Below, piece by piece: positions 1 through 9,328 of a DNA stretch of 34,833 nt. The notes under the pieces were generated by a model. That model was not told the DNA's origin, searched no databases, and saw only the letters and a list, made by a program, of their open reading frames with translations. Position 1 is the first letter of the stretch, and every line of letters begins with the position of its first letter. Where the stretch lies: contig JBFEXY010000001.1 of NCBI GenBank assembly GCA_041562415.1, forward strand, positions 1 to 34,833. The letters run 5' to 3'. Source of the DNA: Woeseiaceae bacterium. Lineage in GTDB: Bacteria > Pseudomonadota > Gammaproteobacteria > Steroidobacterales > Woeseiaceae. The translations under genes and the position numbers were made by a program.

Positions 1-1
1 A

Positions 2-691
2 ATCTATCGCTACGATCCGGATAGCGGCCAGAACCCGCGCATCGACACGTACGAGGTCGACCTGGACAGTTGCGGCCCCATGGTGCTGGACGCACTGATA
101 AAGATCAAAAACGAGATCGACCCGACGCTGACGTTCCGACGATCCTGCCGAGAGGGGATCTGTGGCTCCTGCGCCATGAATATCGACGGCGGGAATACGC
201 TGGCCTGTACTCGCGCAATCGATGCAGTGGGCGGCGACGTAAGAATTTACCCGTTGCCGCATATGCCGGTCGTAAAAGACCTCGTGCCGGACCTCACCAA
301 TTTCTATGCGCAGTACGCTTCTATCAAACCGTGGCTGCAGACGCGCACGCCGCCGCCCCCGGATCGTGAGCGACTGCAGAGCAAGGAAGACCAGGAACTC
401 ATCAACGAACCGGCCGCCTGCATTCTGTGTGCCTGTTGCTCGACGAGTTGCCCGAGCTACTGGTGGAACAGTGATCGATACCTCGGCCCGGCAGCACTGC
501 TGGCCGCTTACCGCTGGCTCGTCGATAGCCGTGACGAGGCAACCGGCGATCGCCTGGACCAGTTGGAAGATCCATTCCGCCTGTATCGCTGCCACACGAT
601 CATGAACTGCACGCAGACCTGCCCGAAAGAATTGAATCCGGCCAAGGCCATCGCGGAGACAAAGAAGATGCTCGCGGAGCGGCGGCACTAA
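2..691 (+). CDS. sdhB: Succinate dehydrogenase iron-sulfur subunit, 5' end lies outside the window
   Basis: The frame is open from the window edge ([20 protein letters not shown]...). Cys clusters [32 protein letters not shown] and [13 protein letters not shown] are typical of SdhB/FrdB Fe-S sites. Stop TAA at 689-691. Confidence 0.95.
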   Translation: MYRYDPDSGQNPRIDTYEVDLDSCGPMVLDALIKIKNEIDPTLTFRRSCREGICGSCAMNIDGGNTLACTRAIDAVGGDVRIYPLPHMPVVKDLVPDLTNFYAQYASIKPWLQTRTPPPPDRERLQSKEDQELINEPAACILCACCSTSCPSYWWNSDRYLGPAALLAAYRWLVDSRDEATGDRLDQLEDPFRLYRCHTIMNCTQTCPKELNPAKAIAETKKMLAERRH

Positions 692-751
692 TAGCAGCGG
701 GTTGCAAACCGCGATTCGAAGGAGCGCTTCCCGAAGCGCCAATGATGGTCA

Positions 752-1036
752 GTGAAACCAGGTAACGATCGACCGCCCGGCACATCCGGCTCGCAGGAGC
801 AATTCAAGAGGCTGCGCTGGCAGTGCCGGCGCGGCATGAAAGAGCTCGATCAGCTGTTGACTGGCTATCTGGAAAATAGCTACGCAGCGGCGTCTGACGA
901 CGATAAAGCCGCCTTCCACGCGCTTTTGGACCTTTCTGATCCGGAATTGGTGGGGTATCTGTTGCAACGAAAGAAACCAGGGTCGGAGATCGTTGCACGC
1001 GGAATCGACATCATACTCGGCCGAGATCGCGCCTGA
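752..1036 (+). CDS. sdhE: FAD assembly factor SdhE (YgfY/CptB, DUF339)
   Basis: Small protein directly after sdhB. CRRGMKELD matches the RGxxE motif of SdhE, and the size (~90 aa) fits. GTG start per the ORF track. Confidence 0.85.
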   Translation: MKPGNDRPPGTSGSQEQFKRLRWQCRRGMKELDQLLTGYLENSYAAASDDDKAAFHALLDLSDPELVGYLLQRKKPGSEIVARGIDIILGRDRA

Positions 1037-1436
1037 TCCGCGATTGCGCCGCATCGTGCTGGTGAGCGGCGCCGCGCTGTGGCTGGCCGGTCTGGGATTC
1101 GTGCCGCTCCTGCCTGTGTCTGTCACGCTCAAGACGTTCCTGGCCGCAACCTGGGTCGGCCTGTGCGGCTACCGATGGCAAGCGATGTGGCTGGGCTACG
1201 CCCGGAGTGGCTGCCTCCGTATCGCGGCGGATGGTCACGTCGAGCGGCAACGCGTTGACGGTGCCTGGGAGCCGGCCAGGCTGGGCGCGGGCAGCGTGGT
1301 TTTGCCGCGGTTTGCCTGGCTACGGATCGAGCCCCGCGGCATGCCGGCTTACGCCGAACTCGTGAGCGGTGAAATACGGATTAGTGATGACTGGCGCCGT
1401 CTCCAGGTGATCTGGCGGCACATTGGAGCAGCCTGA
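993..1436 (+). CDS. ygfX: YgfX/CptA-like two-TM inner-membrane protein; start uncertain (TTG 993, TTG 1044 or GTG 1056)
   Basis: Sits immediately after sdhE, as in the E. coli ygfY-ygfX pair. Two hydrophobic helices (VLVSGAALWLAGLGFVPLLPV, FLAATWVGLCGY) are followed by a soluble tail (LRIAADGHVE...WLRIEPRG...SDDWRRLQVIW) that resembles the YgfX C-terminus as I recall it. Confidence 0.6.
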   Translation: MHAESTSYSAEIAPDPRLRRIVLVSGAALWLAGLGFVPLLPVSVTLKTFLAATWVGLCGYRWQAMWLGYARSGCLRIAADGHVERQRVDGAWEPARLGAGSVVLPRFAWLRIEPRGMPAYAELVSGEIRISDDWRRLQVIWRHIGAA

Positions 1437-1546
1437 CGAAGCTGCTACCATGCCGTGGCTGTGGAATCGACGAGTAAAGACCGCCGGTGGCAGCGGACCG
1501 GCATCACATATTCGAATAAAGTCGCAAAATGACCGCTGAAATATCA

Positions 1547-1573
1547 GAACTTTTAAGGACCCTGCCGGTCTAT
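1547..1573 (+). promoter_or_regulatory. Putative sigma-E (RpoE/AlgU-type) autoregulated promoter upstream of rpoE
   Basis: GAACTT (1547-1552), a 16-nt spacer, then TCTAT (1569-1573). This matches the GAACTT-N16/17-TCTgA pattern of RpoE/AlgU-dependent promoters and lies ~47 nt upstream of the rpoE ATG. Confidence 0.5.
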
Positions 1574-1619
1574 CCGGACATCGAGCGGCTACGTGCCCAG
1601 ACCCGCAGGACACGACCGT

Positions 1620-2195
1620 ATGTCGAGTGAATCGACGGACGCCAAGCTGGTCAAGCGGGTCCAGAAAGGCGACAAAGGCGCGTTCGATCTGCTGGTCCTG
1701 AAGTACCAGCACAAGATTGTGAACCTGGTGATGCGGTATGTGCGTGATCCGGAGCAGGCGCTGGACATAACCCAGGAAGCCTTTATTAAGGCCTACCGGG
1801 CCCTGCCGCGGTTTCGCGGCGACAGCGCGTTTTATACCTGGCTTTACCGGATTGCCGTAAATACCGCCAAGAATCACCTGGCGGCGCAGCGCAGGCGGCC
1901 GATGGACGTCGAGCTCGATTTGCAGGATCCGGAACAGTACGACCTGCATGCGCGGCTGAAGGAAACAGACACTCCGGAGGGTGTCGCGCAGAGCCAGGAA
2001 CTGCAACGGGCTGTTGAGAAGGCCATTGCGGCGCTGCCGGATGATCTTCGAACAGCGATCATCCTGCGAGAACTGGATGGTATGAGTTATGAAGAAATCG
2101 CACAGACGATGGAATGTCCCGTCGGAACCGTGCGGTCGAGAATATTCAGGGCACGTGACGCTATTAGTAAAAAAGTTGGGTCCCTGATACGTTAA
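1620..2195 (+). CDS. rpoE: ECF RNA polymerase sigma factor sigma-E
   Basis: LVKRVQKGDKGAFDLLVLKYQHKIVNLV...FRGDSAFYTWLYRIAVNTAKNHL is a classic RpoE/AlgU region 2, and region 4 is LRELDGMSYEEIAQTMECPVGTVRSRIFRAR. I prefer ATG 1620 (AGGA 10 nt upstream) over the track's GTG 1593. Confidence 0.93.
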   Translation: MSSESTDAKLVKRVQKGDKGAFDLLVLKYQHKIVNLVMRYVRDPEQALDITQEAFIKAYRALPRFRGDSAFYTWLYRIAVNTAKNHLAAQRRRPMDVELDLQDPEQYDLHARLKETDTPEGVAQSQELQRAVEKAIAALPDDLRTAIILRELDGMSYEEIAQTMECPVGTVRSRIFRARDAISKKVGSLIR

Positions 2196-2225
2196 TGCGA
2201 GGGGTATTGCCCCGGCGGGTGGAAA

Positions 2226-2813
2226 ATGAACGAAGCAATAAGAATGCAGGTGTCGGCATTCGTCGACGGAGAACTGCCGGATAACGAGGCTGATCTGCTG
2301 GTGCGACGTCTTAGCCAGGACTCCGGCCTCCGCAAGCAGGTCTCGGAATACCTGGCTATTGGCCGCGCGATGCGCGGCGAATACGGCGTCCAGGGCAGCG
2401 ATGCGTTACGCGAGCGAATCGCGGCGGAGCTCGAGGAGAGGCCGTTGCAGGAACCGGCGGACGCCGTCGTGACTGATCGGCCGTCACGCTACGTTCGTCC
2501 TGTCGCAGGCGCCGCTATTGCCGCAACGGTCGCGCTGGTCGCAATTTTCGGCCTCGGCCAGGTAGCAGACCGCGACAATCCGGTCGCGGGTACTGTTGTA
2601 GCCGACGAGACCGTGTCCGAAACGGTCCCGACCATGAATGACGACGAGCTGCGCCAATACATGATTCTGCACGGATACGACTCCAACAGCTTTTCGACCC
2701 GCATGACGTCGCTTGAGATCCGCGCAGACGAACTCGAGGAGGAGGCAGACGCCGAGGATCCCGAGGCAGAGGACGCGGCTGATGACAACGAGCCGGTGAC
2801 CAGTCAGCCCTGA
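2226..2813 (+). CDS. rseA: Anti-sigma-E factor (RseA/MucA family)
   Basis: Position directly after rpoE. The N-terminus SAFVDGELPDNEADLL is typical of the RseA/MucA anti-sigma domain. There is a single central TM (VAGAAIAATVALVAIFGL) and an acidic C-terminal tail. Confidence 0.75.
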   Translation: MNEAIRMQVSAFVDGELPDNEADLLVRRLSQDSGLRKQVSEYLAIGRAMRGEYGVQGSDALRERIAAELEERPLQEPADAVVTDRPSRYVRPVAGAAIAATVALVAIFGLGQVADRDNPVAGTVVADETVSETVPTMNDDELRQYMILHGYDSNSFSTRMTSLEIRADELEEEADAEDPEAEDAADDNEPVTSQP

Positions 2814-3790
2814 TGTTCACTCACATGCACACAAACAAAGCCGCAGCATGCCTAGTATTCTGCGGCTTTTTCACTGTTTCCCAGGTTCTGGGTGATGACA
2901 CCGTATCGCCGCAGGACTGGATCGACCGGATGGGGAACGCAGTACAGGTGACGAACTACGAAGGCACGGTCGTCCGCGTTAGGGACGGCAAAGTCGATAC
3001 TTTCAAAGTCGTCCATACGGTCACGGATGGAGTCGTGCGGGAGAAGGTCGTTATCCAGGACGGCAACGGTCTGGAAATCATCCGCAACGGCAACGAGGTG
3101 CATTGCATCCTGCCGGACCGTGAGTCGGTGCTGGTCGAGGAGTGGAACAACCAGAGCACCCTGTTTTCGATGCTGCCGTCGAGCGATATTCGTTTTGGCA
3201 GTGAATACGATGTACTCATAAAGGATTTCGAGCGGGTTGCCGGCCGCAAGGCAGCAAAGTTGGCAATCCTCCCGCACGATAATTACCGCTATGGCTACCG
3301 AATCTGGCTCGACACCGAGACCGGGTTTCCGCTGCAGACCCAGCTGATCGGCGACGATAACAATCCGCTCGAACACGTCAAGTTCGCCGATATCAGCATT
3401 CAGCAGGATATTCTGTCCAGCGCCCTGGCTCCGTCTTACAGGACGGAGAACTGGAAGTGGTACACCGAACCTCGTCAGACCATGAAGCGCGAAGTGAATA
3501 GCGACTGGGTTGCGGAAGAGGTTCCTGCAGGATTCCGCGTGGTGTCAACACAGCAAAGGATCCTGCCGGATGCCTCGGACCCGCTTACTCACATCATCTA
3601 CAGCGACGGTCTGGTTACAGTTTCCGTATTCGTTGCACCGGTCATGGACAATAAGAAGACGGGGAGCTCAAGTGTCGGTGCATCGAACTCCTACAGCACG
3701 GTCATCGACGAATACCGCGTGACCGCGGTAGGGCAGGTACCGCAGATCACGGTAGAACAGATCGCAAAATCGATGCGGCGGAGCCAGTAG
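2813..3790 (+). CDS. rseB: Sigma-E regulatory protein RseB/MucB (periplasmic)
   Basis: The ATG overlaps the rseA stop (TGATG). It has a signal peptide, the size (~325 aa) fits, and the position is that of MucB/RseB in the rpoE operon. Confidence 0.85.
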   Translation: MFTHMHTNKAAACLVFCGFFTVSQVLGDDTVSPQDWIDRMGNAVQVTNYEGTVVRVRDGKVDTFKVVHTVTDGVVREKVVIQDGNGLEIIRNGNEVHCILPDRESVLVEEWNNQSTLFSMLPSSDIRFGSEYDVLIKDFERVAGRKAAKLAILPHDNYRYGYRIWLDTETGFPLQTQLIGDDNNPLEHVKFADISIQQDILSSALAPSYRTENWKWYTEPRQTMKREVNSDWVAEEVPAGFRVVSTQQRILPDASDPLTHIIYSDGLVTVSVFVAPVMDNKKTGSSSVGASNSYSTVIDEYRVTAVGQVPQITVEQIAKSMRRSQ

Positions 3791-3837
3791 GCGCGGCGAG
3801 TCGCCGCAACTTGGCTCGTTTGGGCCGGTAGCGCATC

Positions 3838-4290
3838 ATGAATGACCCGCAGGGCACCATTGTCGCAATCATCCGGACCGCCGGCGGCGTTCGTGCGATC
3901 GTTGACGTCGAAGCCGGAGTCGCGTGCGCGCGCTGCGCTTCCGGTCGCGGTTGTGGCGCAGGGGTCTTGTCCGGCCGTGCGCGTAACAGCCGGCTGGAAG
4001 TGCTTGTCGATCCGGATCTCGAACTCGCTGAAGGCGACGTCGTGGGCATCGAATTGCCGTCTCGGGACGTATTGGGTGCCGCGTTGACCGTCTATGGTCT
4101 GCCACTGGCCGGCGCGATCTTCGGAGCCGCGTTCGCATATTTGGCCACCCTCGGCGACGGCGGTTCGGCGGCGCTGGCAATTGGCGGGCTTTGCCTCGGT
4201 GTAATAATCAGCCGCCGCCGGCTGCGCGATGCTTCCTGCCTTGCCCGTTTTACTCCCACTGTCTCGCGTCGCGTTGGGCCGGATGTCTGA
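3838..4290 (+). CDS. rseC: RseC/MucC (SoxR-reducing system) family membrane protein
   Basis: N-terminal Cys cluster CARCASGRGCG followed by two TM helices, ~150 aa, fourth gene of the rpoE operon. Confidence 0.8.
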   Translation: MNDPQGTIVAIIRTAGGVRAIVDVEAGVACARCASGRGCGAGVLSGRARNSRLEVLVDPDLELAEGDVVGIELPSRDVLGAALTVYGLPLAGAIFGAAFAYLATLGDGGSAALAIGGLCLGVIISRRRLRDASCLARFTPTVSRRVGPDV

Positions 4291-4537
4291 TATCGAGACG
4301 CCCACTCTTTACGTCTATAGTAGACGCGGCTGCCATCTCTGCGATGTTCTCGTCGAGGAGTTATTGCCGTTGTTGCGGGGCCGCATCGAAGTCGAGGTGA
4401 GGGACATCGACAGCCGTGACGACTGGAGACAACGTTACGACGTGAGGATTCCTGTCGTGGAGTTCGAGGGCGAGGTCGTCTGCCAGTACCGGCTGGACAG
4501 GGCATCAATTGAAGCCATCGTGGCCCGCTACCGGTAA
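4283..4537 (+). CDS. Glutaredoxin-like thioredoxin-fold protein (DUF836-like), CxxC
   Basis: LYVYSRRGCHLCD carries a CxxC after the first beta strand, and RIPVVEF is the cis-Pro region. ATG 4283 overlaps the rseC stop by 8 nt (ATGTCTGA). The track start at 4229 is probably an over-extension. Confidence 0.7.
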   Translation: MSDIETPTLYVYSRRGCHLCDVLVEELLPLLRGRIEVEVRDIDSRDDWRQRYDVRIPVVEFEGEVVCQYRLDRASIEAIVARYR

Positions 4538-4585
4538 ACCGGTATACTTCGCCGGTTTACGCGGCGGCTGCGAAGTCAGCAACTC

Positions 4586-6376
4586 ATGGATCATATTCGA
4601 AACTTTTCAATCATTGCCCATATCGATCACGGCAAGTCGACGCTTGCGGACCGTTTTATCCAGATGTGTGGCGGGTTGACGGAACGTGAGATGGCGGAGC
4701 AGGTGCTCGATTCGATGGACCTCGAGCGGGAGCGGGGCATTACCATAAAGGCCCAGAGCGTCTCGCTCGACTACACGGCAGCCGACGGCGAGACCTATCA
4801 GCTGAATTTCATCGATACACCCGGGCACGTGGATTTCTCATACGAGGTTTCCCGCTCGCTCGCAGCATGCGAGGGCGCGCTGCTGGTTGTTGATGCCGCG
4901 CAGGGCGTGGAGGCGCAAAGCGTTGCAAATTGCGTGACCGCGATCGACCAGGGACTGGAGGTGCTGCCGGTGCTGAACAAGATCGACCTGCCGGCTGCGG
5001 AGCCTGATCGTGTGATGGCAGAGATCGAGGACATTATCGGTATCGACGCGCAGGACTCGGTTCGCACGAGCGCGAAGACCGGCGAGGGGGTTGCGGAGCT
5101 GCTGGAGGCTATTGTGCGGCAGATTCCTCCGCCTCAGGGAGACCCGGAGGCGCCGCTGCAGGCGTTGATCATCGACTCCTGGTTCGACAATTACGTCGGC
5201 GTCGTGTCGCTGGTGCGTGTTATGAACGGTACTCTCTCCAAAGGCGGCAAGATAACAGTGATGTCGACCGGTGTGTCCTACAATGCGGATCGCGTCGGCA
5301 GCTTCACTCCCAAGATGAAGGACAAGGAAGAACTACGGACGGGAGAGGTGGGCTTCGTCATCGCCGGCATCAAGGACATCTTTGGCGCGCCAGTGGGCGA
5401 TACACTGACGATGACACGAAACCCGTGTGACAAGCCGCTGCCGGGATTCAAGCAGGTGCAGCCACGCGTTTTTGCAGGGCTGTTCCCAATACAGTCAGAT
5501 GAGTACGAGAATTTCCGCGAGGCACTTCAAAAGCTGCGCCTCAATGATGCCGCCCTGCATTTCGAGCCGGAGACCTCTGCGGCCCTCGGCTTCGGGTTTC
5601 GTTGCGGGTTTCTCGGCATGCTGCACATGGAGATAGTGCAGGAGCGACTCGAGCGTGAGTACGACCTCGAATTGATTACGACTGCGCCGACCGTGGTTTT
5701 CGAAGTCGTTGATACGTCAGGCAGCGTGACAATGGTCGACAATCCGTCCAGGTTACCGCCGACGAACGAGATTGCCGAATTGCGCGAGCCTATCATTACG
5801 GCGAATATTCTTGTTCCTGACGAGTATGTAGGCTCGGTAATCAAGCTCTGTGTCGAGAAACGCGGCGTACAGAAGCATATCCGCTACCTGGGCAGCCAGG
5901 TGTCCATCGAATACCAGATGCCGCTCGCCGAGGTGGTTATGGATTTCTTTGACCGCCTGAAATCAGTGAGCCGTGGGTTTGCGTCTTTCGATTATCATTT
6001 CGAGCGATTCGAGGCGGCTCAACTCGTGCGTTTGGACGTTCTGATTAACAAGGAGCGTGTCGATGCGCTGTCGATAATTGTGCACCGCGACAAGGCGACG
6101 ACGCGGGGCCGTCAACTCGTCGAAAAGATGCGGGAACTTATTCCGCGGCAAATGTTCGACGTTGCTATACAGGCCGCCGTCGGCAGCCAGGTCATTGCGC
6201 GCAGCAACGTCAAAGCATTGCGCAAGAACGTGACGGCTAAATGCTACGGCGGCGACGTAACGCGCAAGCGCAAGTTGCTGGAGAAGCAAAAGGCCGGTAA
6301 AAGACGTATGAAACAGGTGGGCTCGGTGGAGATCCCCCAGGAAGCGTTTCTTGCAGTTCTTAAAGTAGAAAAGTAA
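4586..6376 (+). CDS. lepA: Elongation factor 4 (LepA)
   Basis: [20 protein letters not shown] (G1), DTPGHVDF (G3) and NKIDL (G4). Length is 596 aa, and the C-terminus has the LepA-specific [25 protein letters not shown]. Confidence 0.97.
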   Translation: MDHIRNFSIIAHIDHGKSTLADRFIQMCGGLTEREMAEQVLDSMDLERERGITIKAQSVSLDYTAADGETYQLNFIDTPGHVDFSYEVSRSLAACEGALLVVDAAQGVEAQSVANCVTAIDQGLEVLPVLNKIDLPAAEPDRVMAEIEDIIGIDAQDSVRTSAKTGEGVAELLEAIVRQIPPPQGDPEAPLQALIIDSWFDNYVGVVSLVRVMNGTLSKGGKITVMSTGVSYNADRVGSFTPKMKDKEELRTGEVGFVIAGIKDIFGAPVGDTLTMTRNPCDKPLPGFKQVQPRVFAGLFPIQSDEYENFREALQKLRLNDAALHFEPETSAALGFGFRCGFLGMLHMEIVQERLEREYDLELITTAPTVVFEVVDTSGSVTMVDNPSRLPPTNEIAELREPIITANILVPDEYVGSVIKLCVEKRGVQKHIRYLGSQVSIEYQMPLAEVVMDFFDRLKSVSRGFASFDYHFERFEAAQLVRLDVLINKERVDALSIIVHRDKATTRGRQLVEKMRELIPRQMFDVAIQAAVGSQVIARSNVKALRKNVTAKCYGGDVTRKRKLLEKQKAGKRRMKQVGSVEIPQEAFLAVLKVEK

Positions 6377-6388
6377 TCCGAGGTCCCA

Positions 6389-7144
6389 TTGAGCATTAAC
6401 CTGGCATTGATACTCACGTTGTTGACGGCGCTGACGGGCATCGTCTACCTGCTTGACGTCTTCCTCTGGCACGACTCGAAGCGTGGTAGCGAGGAGCCGC
6501 GAGGCGGCCGGCAGACGCTGGTCGAATACTCGCGCTCTTTCTTTCCGGTGCTACTCATCGTGCTGGTTATTCGCTCGTTCATATTCGAACCGTTTCGCAT
6601 TCCTTCGGGATCGATGATGCCGACGCTGCTGCAGGGCGACTTCATTTTTGTCAAGAAATTCGCGTACGGACTGCGTCTGCCAGTCACGGAAACCAAAATC
6701 CTGGAAACCGGTTCACCGGAGCGCGGCGACGTCGTCGTTTTCCGGCTGCCGCAGGATCCGAGCATCAATTACATCAAGCGCGTAGTCGGATTGCCCGGCG
6801 ACACCGTCGTGTACGAAGATCACCGCCTGACGATCAACGGCGAGTTGGTTGAACTCGAACAGAGCCCGACTGCGAATGCCGGAGAGCCTGTCTATATCGA
6901 AAACCTGGATGGCCGCAGGCACGAGATTCTGATAACGAATGCCTACTCCGTAAGAGACGATGTCTATACAGTCCCGGAGGACCACTACTTCGTCATGGGC
7001 GATAACCGCAACAATAGCAAAGATAGCCGTTTCATCGAGGCTATACCGGAATCCTATCTCGTCGGCGAAGCGGTCCGTGTCTGGATGCATATGGACGGTC
7101 TGAGCTGGCCCCGCTGGGACAGGATCGGTACAAAGATCCAATAA
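6389..7144 (+). CDS. lepB: Signal peptidase I
   Basis: IPSGSMMPTL (catalytic Ser box), YIKRVVGLPGD (catalytic Lys box) and GDNRNNSKDSR (box E). TTG start with GAGG upstream, immediately after lepA. Confidence 0.93.
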   Translation: MSINLALILTLLTALTGIVYLLDVFLWHDSKRGSEEPRGGRQTLVEYSRSFFPVLLIVLVIRSFIFEPFRIPSGSMMPTLLQGDFIFVKKFAYGLRLPVTETKILETGSPERGDVVVFRLPQDPSINYIKRVVGLPGDTVVYEDHRLTINGELVELEQSPTANAGEPVYIENLDGRRHEILITNAYSVRDDVYTVPEDHYFVMGDNRNNSKDSRFIEAIPESYLVGEAVRVWMHMDGLSWPRWDRIGTKIQ

Positions 7145-7252
7145 TGTGGTGCCAGTCACTGATTTGGCCGCTAGAATCGCGCTAGCCTTATGTAAATCGC
7201 GTAAATGCAGCGCGACCTGTTTGTTGGACCAGAAAACGTGGAGTTTGGGTAA

Positions 7253-7268
7253 TGTGCGCCAGTTCACA
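7253..7268. promoter_or_regulatory. CRP/Vfr-like palindromic site (TGTGC-N6-TCACA)
   Basis: TGTGCGCCAGTTCACA matches TGTGA-N6-TCACA at 9 of 10 core positions. It lies ~65 nt upstream of the DUF4845 ATG, in the lepB to rnc intergenic region. Confidence 0.3.
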
Positions 7269-7332
7269 CATTAGGGGCAGAAAGGGCTTAGGGCCCGCCA
7301 ACGGCCGATCAGCACTGCGGCGTGAGGGTGGC

Positions 7333-7677
7333 ATGACCACTCTCGGCCTGGCAATTCTCGTCGCGTTCATGGGTCTGTTCGCATTCGCCGGAATTCGCCT
7401 GACACCTGTTTACCTCAATTACATGAAGGTCCTTGGCGTGATCAATGGTGTGCACGACGAATTCGACGGCACGAACCCCACGCGAAGTGCAATTCGAAGT
7501 TCCATAACGCGTCGTTTCGACGTCGAAAGCGTGGGCGAGATTACCGCACGCGATGTATCCGTGACCACCGTGGACGGCGGCTTCGAGGTTCGTGCAAAGT
7601 ACAGCCACGTGGCCCCGTTCATTTCAAACGTCTCATTCTTCGTCGAGTTTGACAAAGCGGTGCTGGTGCGGCGATAA
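7333..7677 (+). CDS. DUF4845-like small membrane-anchored protein
   Basis: An N-terminal TM (LGLAILVAFMGLFAFAGIRLTPVYLNYMKV) is followed by a small soluble domain. The position between lepB and rnc is conserved in many gammaproteobacteria. ATG 7333 is preceded by GAGGG. Confidence 0.7.
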   Translation: MTTLGLAILVAFMGLFAFAGIRLTPVYLNYMKVLGVINGVHDEFDGTNPTRSAIRSSITRRFDVESVGEITARDVSVTTVDGGFEVRAKYSHVAPFISNVSFFVEFDKAVLVRR

Positions 7678-7718
7678 CAATAAGCCGTTGAGTACGGCAG
7701 GAAACGTCGCGTCATGAG

Positions 7719-8432
7719 GTGCCGCGACGATGCAGAGCGATAATCTTGGACAACGCCGAACGCTGGCTGAGCGAAACCCTGGGTTACAGTTTCAGAGACG
7801 GCGGCCTGTTGCGGCAGGCGCTGACGCACAGGAGTGCGCCCGGCCGAAGCAACGAACGCCTGGAGTTTCTTGGCGATGCGGTACTCGATATCGTGGTTTC
7901 CGAGGCACTGTTTCACTCGCTGCCCGATGCCCCCGAGGGTGATCTGAGCCGTCTGCGCGCATCGCTTGTGCGTGACACGTCGCTGGCCGGCATTGCCGCC
8001 GATCTGGGAATCGGCGAGCACCTGGTTCTCGGCAGCGGCGAACGCAAAACAGGCGGGCACCGGCGACAGTCCATACTCGCGGATGCCCTGGAAGCCCTGT
8101 TCGGAGCCGTATACCTGGACAGCGGTTTCGATTCCGCGGCGGAATTGATTCGCCACGTATTCGCCGAGAAGCTCGATGACCTTCCTCATGCCGACGAATT
8201 GCGCGATCCGAAGACAGGCCTGCAGGAATGGTTGCAGGCGCGCGGCGCGGCGCCCCCGGACTACGAGCTCGTCAAAGTCAGCGGCAAAGCCCACCAGCAA
8301 CGCTTCGAAGTGCGCTGTCTGGTTCCGGACCAGGAGCCGGCGCCGGGCGAAGGCCGCTCCCGGCGCGGCGCCGAGCAGCAAGCTGCCCGCCGCATGCTAA
8401 TGCGGCTGACCGAGGGCGAACAGCGTGACTGA
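7719..8432 (+). CDS. rnc: Ribonuclease III; start uncertain (GTG 7719 or TTG 7746)
   Basis: LGYSFRDGGLLRQALTHRS and the NERLEFLGDAVLD signature, with a C-terminal dsRBD (DPKTGLQEWLQ...). Confidence 0.93.
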   Translation: MPRRCRAIILDNAERWLSETLGYSFRDGGLLRQALTHRSAPGRSNERLEFLGDAVLDIVVSEALFHSLPDAPEGDLSRLRASLVRDTSLAGIAADLGIGEHLVLGSGERKTGGHRRQSILADALEALFGAVYLDSGFDSAAELIRHVFAEKLDDLPHADELRDPKTGLQEWLQARGAAPPDYELVKVSGKAHQQRFEVRCLVPDQEPAPGEGRSRRGAEQQAARRMLMRLTEGEQRD

Positions 8433-9324
8433 CAAGGCATATCGTTGCGGTTTCGTCGCTGTCGTGGGCAGGCCCAACGTCGGCAAGTCGACGCTTGTCA
8501 ATGCGATGATGGGCAGGAAGGTGAGTATCGTAAGCTCGAAACCGCAGACCACCCGTCACCGGATACTCGCGGTCCTCACGGGAGACGACGAGCAAATAAT
8601 TTTTGTCGATACGCCCGGCCTGCATCGCAACGCCGGACGCGCGATGAACCGGCTCATGAACCGGACTGCAGTAAGTGCCCTGGCAGACGCCGATCTCGCG
8701 TTGTTCGTCGTTGAGGCGACACGCTGGACCGAAGAGGACGAGGATGTTCTCGAACGCATACGATCGTCAGGGGTGCCGTGTATCGCCTTGCTCAACAAGA
8801 TCGATTCGGTGCATCCGAAGAAACGCCTGCTTGCAGCTATCGATGCAATGTCCAGGCGCCATGAATTCGTCGAGATCATCCCGGTGTCCGCGCGCAAGCG
8901 GGATAACCTGGACATCCTGGCTGCCAGTATCCGTGAACGTCTGCCGGAATCGCCTCCATTGTTCCCGGCTGAAATGCAGACCGATCGCAGTCCGGAATTC
9001 CACGCTGCAGAGGTGATACGTGAAAGGCTAACGGTCCATCTTCGCGAAGAACTGCCCTACGGCCTGACAGTGCAGGTAGAACAATATTCACGGGATCGCG
9101 ACCGGCTGACCATTCACGCCGTCATCTGGGTGGAGCGCGACAGCCAGAAGGGCATCGTGGTTGGCAAGGGTGGTCTGATGCTAAAGAAGATCGGGCAGGA
9201 GGCGCGTCTTGCACTCGCCAAGCAGCTGCATCAAGCCGTGCACCTGGAACTTTGGGTCAAGGTCAAGGACAACTGGGCGGACAGCGAACAGGACCTCATT
9301 AACCTCGGCTACGAATCACCGTGA
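8425..9324 (+). CDS. era: GTPase Era
   Basis: GRPNVGKSTL (G1), DTPG (G3), NKID (G4) and a C-terminal KH domain (VERDSQKGIVVGKGG). The GTG start overlaps the rnc stop by 8 nt. Confidence 0.95.
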   Translation: MTDKAYRCGFVAVVGRPNVGKSTLVNAMMGRKVSIVSSKPQTTRHRILAVLTGDDEQIIFVDTPGLHRNAGRAMNRLMNRTAVSALADADLALFVVEATRWTEEDEDVLERIRSSGVPCIALLNKIDSVHPKKRLLAAIDAMSRRHEFVEIIPVSARKRDNLDILAASIRERLPESPPLFPAEMQTDRSPEFHAAEVIRERLTVHLREELPYGLTVQVEQYSRDRDRLTIHAVIWVERDSQKGIVVGKGGLMLKKIGQEARLALAKQLHQAVHLELWVKVKDNWADSEQDLINLGYESP

Positions 9325-9328
9325 AACG

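Noticed and set aside
692-751. Short GC hairpins after sdhB (GCGCTTC/GAAGCGC), considered as a terminator
   Set aside because: The loops are too small, there is no U-tract, and sdhE follows closely and is probably co-transcribed.
4534-4560. Hairpin GTAAACCGG-N9-CCGGTTTAC spanning the stop codon of the glutaredoxin-like gene, considered as a terminator before lepA
   Set aside because: No U-tract follows, and lepA starts 26 nt later, so it is more likely a stabilising or processing stem or chance. The evidence is too weak to call a feature.
7419-8381. 320-aa minus-strand ORF
   Set aside because: It is antisense to DUF4845 and rnc, both of which carry strong signatures. It has no recognisable motifs and is a GC-rich antisense artefact. 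The same reasoning applies to 11141-12040 (-), 20502-21395 (-), 21812-22735 (-), 12542-13273 (-), 28133-28969 (-) and 1320-2006 (-).
9209-9328. Over-extended track starts: recO 9209, lolE 21557, exbB 26482, lpxK 29289, kdsB 30397, nagZ 13329, DUF4845 7252, grx-like 4229, DUF2062 24216 and rpoE 1593
   Set aside because: Each extension overlaps the preceding gene or lacks homology. An internal start at or just after the upstream stop, often with an SD or a 4/8-nt overlap junction, gives the family-typical N-terminus.
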